From Macrostomum lignano (Eukaryota): DNA of 64,000 nucleotides. The notes beneath the pieces are model-generated. The model saw nothing but the letters and a program-made list of their open reading frames with translations, searched no databases and was not told the origin of the DNA. The position numbers were made by a program, and so were the translations under genes. The stretch lies in contig NIVC01003819.1 in the NCBI GenBank assembly GCA_002269645.1, positions 1 through 64,000 on the forward strand. Direction: 5' to 3'. Below are positions 57,650 through 64,000 of this stretch, piece after piece (position 1 is the first letter of the stretch; each line of letters begins with the position of its first letter).

Positions 57650-58520
57650 TTTGAAATTGTGTATCTTTTATGTTTGACATGGTAGCTCTTTTATGTTTGA
57701 CATGGTGGCTCTTTAATGTTTGACATGGTGGCTCTTTTATGTTTGATTCGGGGTTTTTTAATGTCTAACATGGTGTCTTTTTAATGTTTGACATGGTGGC
57801 TCTTTTATGTTTGACATGGTGGCTCTTTAATGTTCGATATAGTGACTGTGGTGACTGCGTTTAGCTTTCTGTGCAGAGTGGGGGATGGGGGGCTGTCTCT
57901 CTCTCTCTCTCGGATTGTATTCACGCATGTGCGAACTCTGGAGTGCAAACACGCCAGAGGTAGCAGCTGATTGGTCAGCCTAGTCAGGCTGGAAAATAAA
58001 CTGGTATTTATTGAGAGAGCTAGGCTTGGCCGGCTCTAAGATTCCTCTCTGCAAGAAACACAGACTTTGTTACAGTGACTCTTTAATTTTCGACATAGTG
58101 GCTCTTTAATGTTTGACATTGTGGCTCTTTATGTTTGACATGATGGCTCTTTTATGTTGGACATGGTAGCTCTTTTATGTTTGTTTCGGGGTTTTTTAAT
58201 GTCTGTCTGACATGGTGTCTCTTTAATGTTCAACATGGTGGCTCTTTTATGCTTGACATGGTGGCTCTTTACTGTTTGACATGGAGTCACATATATGTTT
58301 GACTTGGTGGCTCTTTTATGTTTAACATGGTGGCTCTTTAATTTTAGACATGGTGGCTCTTTAATGTTAGACATGGTGGCTCTTTAATGTTAGACATGGT
58401 GGCTCTTTAATGTTAGACATGGGGGCTCTTTAATGTTAGACATGATGGCTCTTTAATGTTCGACATGGAGTCACATATATGTTTGACATGGTGGCTCTTT
58501 AATGTTTGACATTGTGCTTT
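57650..58520. repeat. 23-bp repeat (TTTAATGTTTGACATGGTGGCTC) interrupted by a ~230-bp unique insert
   Basis: Two array halves flank 57848-58080, which is bounded by AGTGACT direct repeats. Confidence 0.8.
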
Positions 58521-59229
58521 TTTGTGTTTAGCATTTTGTGTTTTTTAGGTGTTTTAATAAAAAAATCTTTTTGCACTACTAAGATTCAAACCCAGGTCGC
58601 TGCATTATCAGTCTAGTCTGTTTGCATCAATGTTATCTCTTGTCAATTGGAGAACATGAATTGTGGTTAGTGTAAGAAGTTATGACATAATCAATTTCTC
58701 AGTCAGCCAGTATCAGTGTCAATTTAAGCCCTATTGCAGCCAATGGCCATTTTCGTGGACGGCGTCCGGCGCGGATTGGCCTGGTGGCGCGGCGCGTGGC
58801 AGCATTGCACGGTGGCGTGTCGTGTGGCGGCGGCGCGCGGCGGCGTGGCGCGGGGCATGGGAAAATTGAACCAAATCACTGATCCTGGGGACTGGCCCTG
58901 GCGCGGTACGGGTAGATGTCTGGCGCGGGAAAGGAGGGCGTCCGGCGCGGTTCAGACCTTGGCTGCAATAGGGAATTTAAGTTAGCAATATTGTTACGCA
59001 ATTTCAATCAAGTTGTGTATGCATTTCTTTGGCACTGTTTTCAACTTGTTGTGATGCAATCATTATCAGAATTGAAATTCTGTCAGTCAGGTTTTTATCT
59101 AGCATTCTTACAATGCATTTCAAGTCAAAAATTTTGCTTGACCTTTGCAAAAAAGCATGTTTTTCAAATATTTAATCCCTTTAACATTGAGCAATTTCTT
59201 AGCCAAGATGCATGTACCGTCCCAGGAAA

Positions 59230-59400
59230 ATTTCTGATCGAATGGTGCAAGTTTGAAGAAAATCGGTTGAGTCATTTTTTCTGAAATCTATCGCATACCT
59301 ACCTACCCACATACATACAGACAACTCATTTTTAGTATATACGACTATCGCATACCTACCTACCCACATACATACAGACAACTCATTTTTAGTATATTGG
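59230..59400. mobile_element. Possible non-autonomous Helitron-like terminal remnant
   Basis: AAAATCGGTTGAGT...ACATACATACAGAC...TTTAGTATAT with a duplicated ~55-bp block resembles Lep1/DINE-1-style ends; resemblance from memory only. Confidence 0.3.
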
Positions 59401-61390
59401 ACTTTAAACTATAGTCTAAGTCTAGGACTAAAGTATGATAGGTAGTTTCATTAGAATTTTAAATGTTTGCACTTTGTAGGCCTAGTATGAAATTAAACAA
59501 GCTATGTTTAGTCTATTATTATGATATTATCTAATATCATAATAATATAGTATTATAGTATATAGTATATAGTAATATAGTATTATATTATAGTATTATT
59601 ATTAGAAAAGCACAGGCATACACTTTGCACACACAGGCATTTTAATTCATCTATAGAACTTTTTATAGAAACATTAGTTGGACTTTAGTTTAGACCTAGG
59701 GCCGGTTTTTTAATTAAATAAAAGATTCAAAAATCTAATTTCCACCAAAATTTACAATTAGAATGAATACATTATTTGATTTTTTATAAAATTACTGAAT
59801 AATGCCGAAATCAGCAAAAGTTAACGTTTTTTCGTACAAACCAAGAATCAAAATACTGATTTAAAGCAGATTTCTCCTTCTACTTTAATCGTTCTTGTTT
59901 GTGAAGGACTACTTTGTATTCATCACTAGAGACTAGACAGGTCTTTCCGGTCATGTCATCGTTTGCATTGCATGATCGACGCTGATGATCGCTTCGAGCA
60001 GCAGCTAAGTCACGATGAAAATTCGATTACGATTTAATTTGAGCCAACTTTCTAGGAATTATGTCGTTAATTTAAAAGTATCCGTATCTAACAGCGACTT
60101 CTACAAGCATAACGACTCTTAGCTTGAATCTGATGTGCACTTTAACATATATCCCTCGTTTTCTTCCCCACTTCGCTTGGTCGTGTCTGTCTATGGTTCA
60201 ATGCTTTTTTTCATTTCTTTCGCCGGGCCAATCATATTCTTTCCGTTTCTTTCTGTCTATGGCCCAAAGTTCCCCGGCTTTGAACTCGCTTTTAGGCCTC
60301 GGCCAAGAAACGAGCTCTCAGCCGAGAAATTCGGGCCAAATAAGGGAAGAAATGAAGAGAACTTATACTGACTAACCTACTAGTCCCCAGAGTCAAATTG
60401 GGTAGACTATGGTAGAAAACCGAGAAGAAAGAAAGTAAGAGAAGAGAGGAAATTGGATTAGATCGCAAGAAAGGATAGAGGATAAATTTCTTATACGATA
60501 TACTTCTCTGCAAGATAAATATGGATTTGCTATGCGATTTTGAATGCTATATATGCACGTTCAAGTTTTCATTAACCTAACTATTAAGAGTAATTAAGAT
60601 AAGAACACTTATATTTAGCTTCGACAATTGCAGTTCTGCTTCACTAACGATGTGCTGAACATGGACACCACGATAAGGCTCGATACCCCCTATTTGCAAC
60701 CCAGCCTAAAAGCAACTTTAATGGTGTTATTGTAACAAAACAATGCTCTACGAACTCATAAATTTTCTTGTAAATCTTGGAATAAAAGAATCGGGCTTAT
60801 TAAATACTTTATATTACCAGATTGTATTAGAAATAAAAAGTCCACAAATTAGGCATTTCAAATTTCCAAAGTATATAAAATTTTCCAAACCTTTCGATGT
60901 TGGTAAGGCACTGTTGACTGTTTTATTGCTTTAAAACTTGGTTTGCAAAAGGCGGACAAGCAAATTTGTTTGTAAGCAGAGAAGCCGAGACGCAACCAAC
61001 AAAAGTATCAATCTGGAATATAATGTATTAAAAGCATAATACCAGGACGTCTGCAAAAATCGTTTAAGAACTAAATTAACATTAATTTGAAATCAAACAT
61101 TAAACTGAATCGCACAATCCCTAGATTCTAGATAAGTTTAGAAATCATTTTTATTGAGTCAGTTTCTACGAGTATAAATAGCAAAAATTCATAAAAATCT
61201 TGAAAAAGGCAATTAAAGTGTCATATCAAAATCAATTTGAAAGACTACGATTCAATTATTGTAAAGAAGATCAAAATGATCATGTTTTGTTGCACTGCAA
61301 TACCTGAACAATAGTCAAATTTGAATGTAAACCAAACGTTTAGCTACAATAAGACAACGTTTAAGCATATAATCTAAAACGTAATAGTGC

Positions 61391-64000
61391 TCAGATCAGA
61401 TGCTCGTCCGTCCATTCGTCGCTCCAACGACAGGGCGGCGCGGTGGAGTCGCACATCACAGCCGGGGTGTCGGCCGGCCGGACTGGCAGTGCCGGTTCGC
61501 TTGGCCGCTGGCCAATTCCAGGAAATGTAGCGTAATGAAATCGTTGCGTCAGCGTTATTGAACGACCTGTTTGCACCTGCATCGAATTGATTTTCAGGGA
61601 AATATTCAACGGACACTCATTAAATTACAGAATCGTTATTACAGCGTCACAGGCTAAAAATAAAAAATAATTCCCTGGTGTCGAGGCTGACTTAAGTCGA
61701 AATTTATTATTTAAATTTTTGGTACCTTAAGAAAGACAGTTGGTATTCGAGAAAGGATCGTTGAATATTGACAAGAAACATAAAGAACTATTTTCGTGCC
61801 TCCAGGTGCCAATATGAAACTGTCTGCCACACTTGTGACCGTGAAGTGTGACCGCGATGGATTGTCAATTATTAATATGATCTGGCAAAGTGATCGTTAA
61901 ATGTGACAGTCACAAAACTGTCAACTCGTGTGAGTGTCAAAAGATGAAAAGACTGTCATTAAGACCATTGTGTGCTAGGTTGATTCAAGAAAGGCATATA
62001 AACGTCAAGAAGGAACAACTAAGTATAAGTGGCCGTTTATTTGACGGTCACAACGGAGAGTCACAATGGAAGGTCAAATGCGATACCGTGTTTAATTAAG
62101 TGCGTCAAAACGGTCTCACAGTCAAAATTTTTATATGAGTTCATAGCAACTCACCCAGCTAGAATTGTAAGCAGCAGCTGGCTCGCAAGCTCCGGTATCT
62201 GGTGCCAGTTGCGTCACAAGCAGCGCCCGAGACTTTCTCGGTCGCAGCCAAATACCCAGTCTGGGCAGGTGAAATTCTCCACCACGCGTCACCGTGTCCA
62301 GAAACACCCGCACGGTGGCAAAAATTCCACCGCTGGCACCATTTTTAGATTTACAATCGAGTCGTTCATAGAATCCCTGGCCAAGAGGATGGCTGGTGAC
62401 GTCCAAGCGTCCGGCATGACTAGCTGGCAAGCCCATGGATTTGAGGAATCTGTCAGCCAGTGGGCCGGCGGTGAACCGGCTCTCGCCAGGGTAGAACACA
62501 GTCGATCGGGTCCAATTAAAGCGAAGCCAACTAGCAGCTTTTGCGGACAGACTCGCGTTCAGGCAACGCGTGCCGGCGGTGAAATCAGCTGACGAGAGCT
62601 GTTTCGGGTTGGTCAAGATAGATAGATAAAATAGTACCTGCCTCATTCCCTGAATTTTAGCTCTGCTTCTTAATGGAAAGTCTTAATGGGAAGCTTCTAA
62701 TTTGAATAATAAAATTCTGTATAAATCAGGGGTCGACACACTTTTTTACCTCAAGGGCCAGATCGAGAACCAAGAGCATGACTCACCAATGCAGAAATAT
62801 CAAGCTGCTAGCTATGGAAGCAAAAACCAAACCAAACCTCAATAGCTCACCCCTCTGCGTACAACTCCGGCCTCATCAGCTACGAGCCGTTGCATTGTAG
62901 CTTCCGAATCGAAACAGACAATTGGCTGCCTGCTAGACAGAGCCTCCAACCGTTTGAAATGAACAGCAGCCAAGCTGTCTGATTCCACATCCGATAACAA
63001 CTCGTCGAACATGTATACCTGACAGGTGAGAAGAGGGGTTTTCGGAGTTGGTAGAAAGTTTTACTGTTGGCGGATTCGCCTGACTTAATCTGATGATGCA
63101 ATCACAAAGGTTGTTTACTTATAGTCGAGGTAATACAGGAGTACGACTAAAAATAGATCCCTTCAAGTGCATGCGGCATGAAATTTGTTGAGATTTCGTA
63201 TTAGTGCCGCATTCGCGTCCGTCATAGTATTCTTTGTCTGTCTGTCTTTCTGTCTTTCTGCCTGTCTGCCAGTCTGTCTCAGCTTTACCTGCACAGAGCT
63301 GCCAGGTGCAGCAATGATTCTCTCCAACTTCACCGGCGGAATTCGTCTGCCATCTTGAAAGATCTTCTTCGGCTTAATGCCGTGCAGCACCTGTCGACCA
63401 AGCAGTTCGCCGCTGCCAGCTCGCACCATCGGCTGCTTGTCGAGTTCCGCTTGGCGCATGTCGGCCTGCGACATCACCCGAATCGGCGGGGTCGCTCCAT
63501 CGCCAGCATTTGGCTGGATTCTTTGCGGCGCCGGGGGCGCTTTTGAAGCAGATGCATCGGTGGTTTTTATGTCTGGTTTAGTTCTAACTACTTCCGGTTT
63601 AGCTTTAGCTACTTCCGGTTTAGTTTTAACTACTTCCGGCTTAGTCTTAGCTACTTCCGGTTTCTCTTTAGCAGCTTTTTTAGACTGAGTAAGAGCCGCA
63701 TTAGACTCTGGCAGAGGCCTGATTGGTGCTTGCTTTTCTTTCGGCTTAACTTCCGGTGTCGCCACCGATTGCTGCCTTCGCATAGCAACTGTCAATTCGG
63801 CCACATCCGAAGACAGCCGGTCCAGCCTGTGACGCAATTCGATCAATGCAAACCGAACCGATTCCAACTGGGCTCCGGTCTCCCCGCTACCAGCGCAAGC
63901 TTCCGCAGCGCAACTGGACAGGCCTTTCGTCAATTCGCGTCGAACGTTCTGCAACTGCTGCTGAATGCTCAATCGGTCTTTTAGACTACTGCTAGTAGTC
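61391..64000 (-). CDS. Prolyl 4-hydroxylase alpha-like (2OG-Fe(II) dioxygenase fold) protein, catalytic residues lost, 5' partial
   Basis: Exons >64000-63289, 63018-62851, 62598-62155 and 61576-61391, all phase 0 with GT-AG introns. PPVKLE..., VYMFDELLSDVE, MGLPASHAGRLDV and FATVRVFLDTVTRGGEFHLPRLGIWLRPRK align to P4HA motifs. The frame stays open to the window edge. Confidence 0.7.

Noticed and set aside
58740-58960. GC/CpG-rich island as exon or Dicer promoter
   Set aside because: No convincing frame or splice signals and no second copy in the window; it cannot be assigned from sequence alone.

Overview
Animal genomic DNA with spliceosomal GT-AG introns. The minisatellite-filled introns and GC-rich exons resemble a Macrostomum-type flatworm (inference, unverified). 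Gene order: 3' part of an unknown + gene; intronless AGMO-like gene (+); intronless ankyrin/TRPV-like channel (-); THAP-domain gene (-) head-to-head with an 8-exon cytosolic aconitase/IRP1 (+), which carries a same-strand EcKL-type kinase gene nested in intron 6; a young 9.6 kb Ty3/gypsy LTR retrotransposon (833-bp LTRs, TTAT target-site duplication); an orphan acidic protein (-); a 16-exon Dicer (-, about 1764 aa) with intact RNase III sites but a degenerate helicase; and a prolyl-4-hydroxylase-alpha-like pseudoenzyme (-, 5' end outside the window). There are three tRNA-derived CORE-like SINEs and hAT-type MITEs. Most notable: the retrotransposon carries a third ORF, in the env position once its rearranged 3' region is reconstructed, encoding a J-domain (HPD) + acidic linker + chromodomain protein with a splice acceptor directly before its ATG. 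A template-switch rearrangement in this copy created a 687-bp inverted repeat, i.e. a predicted long hairpin RNA. Dicer intron 10 holds a tandem array of mini-intron/11-nt microexon units. All gene models were built by eye from splice signals and remembered family motifs; no searches were run.
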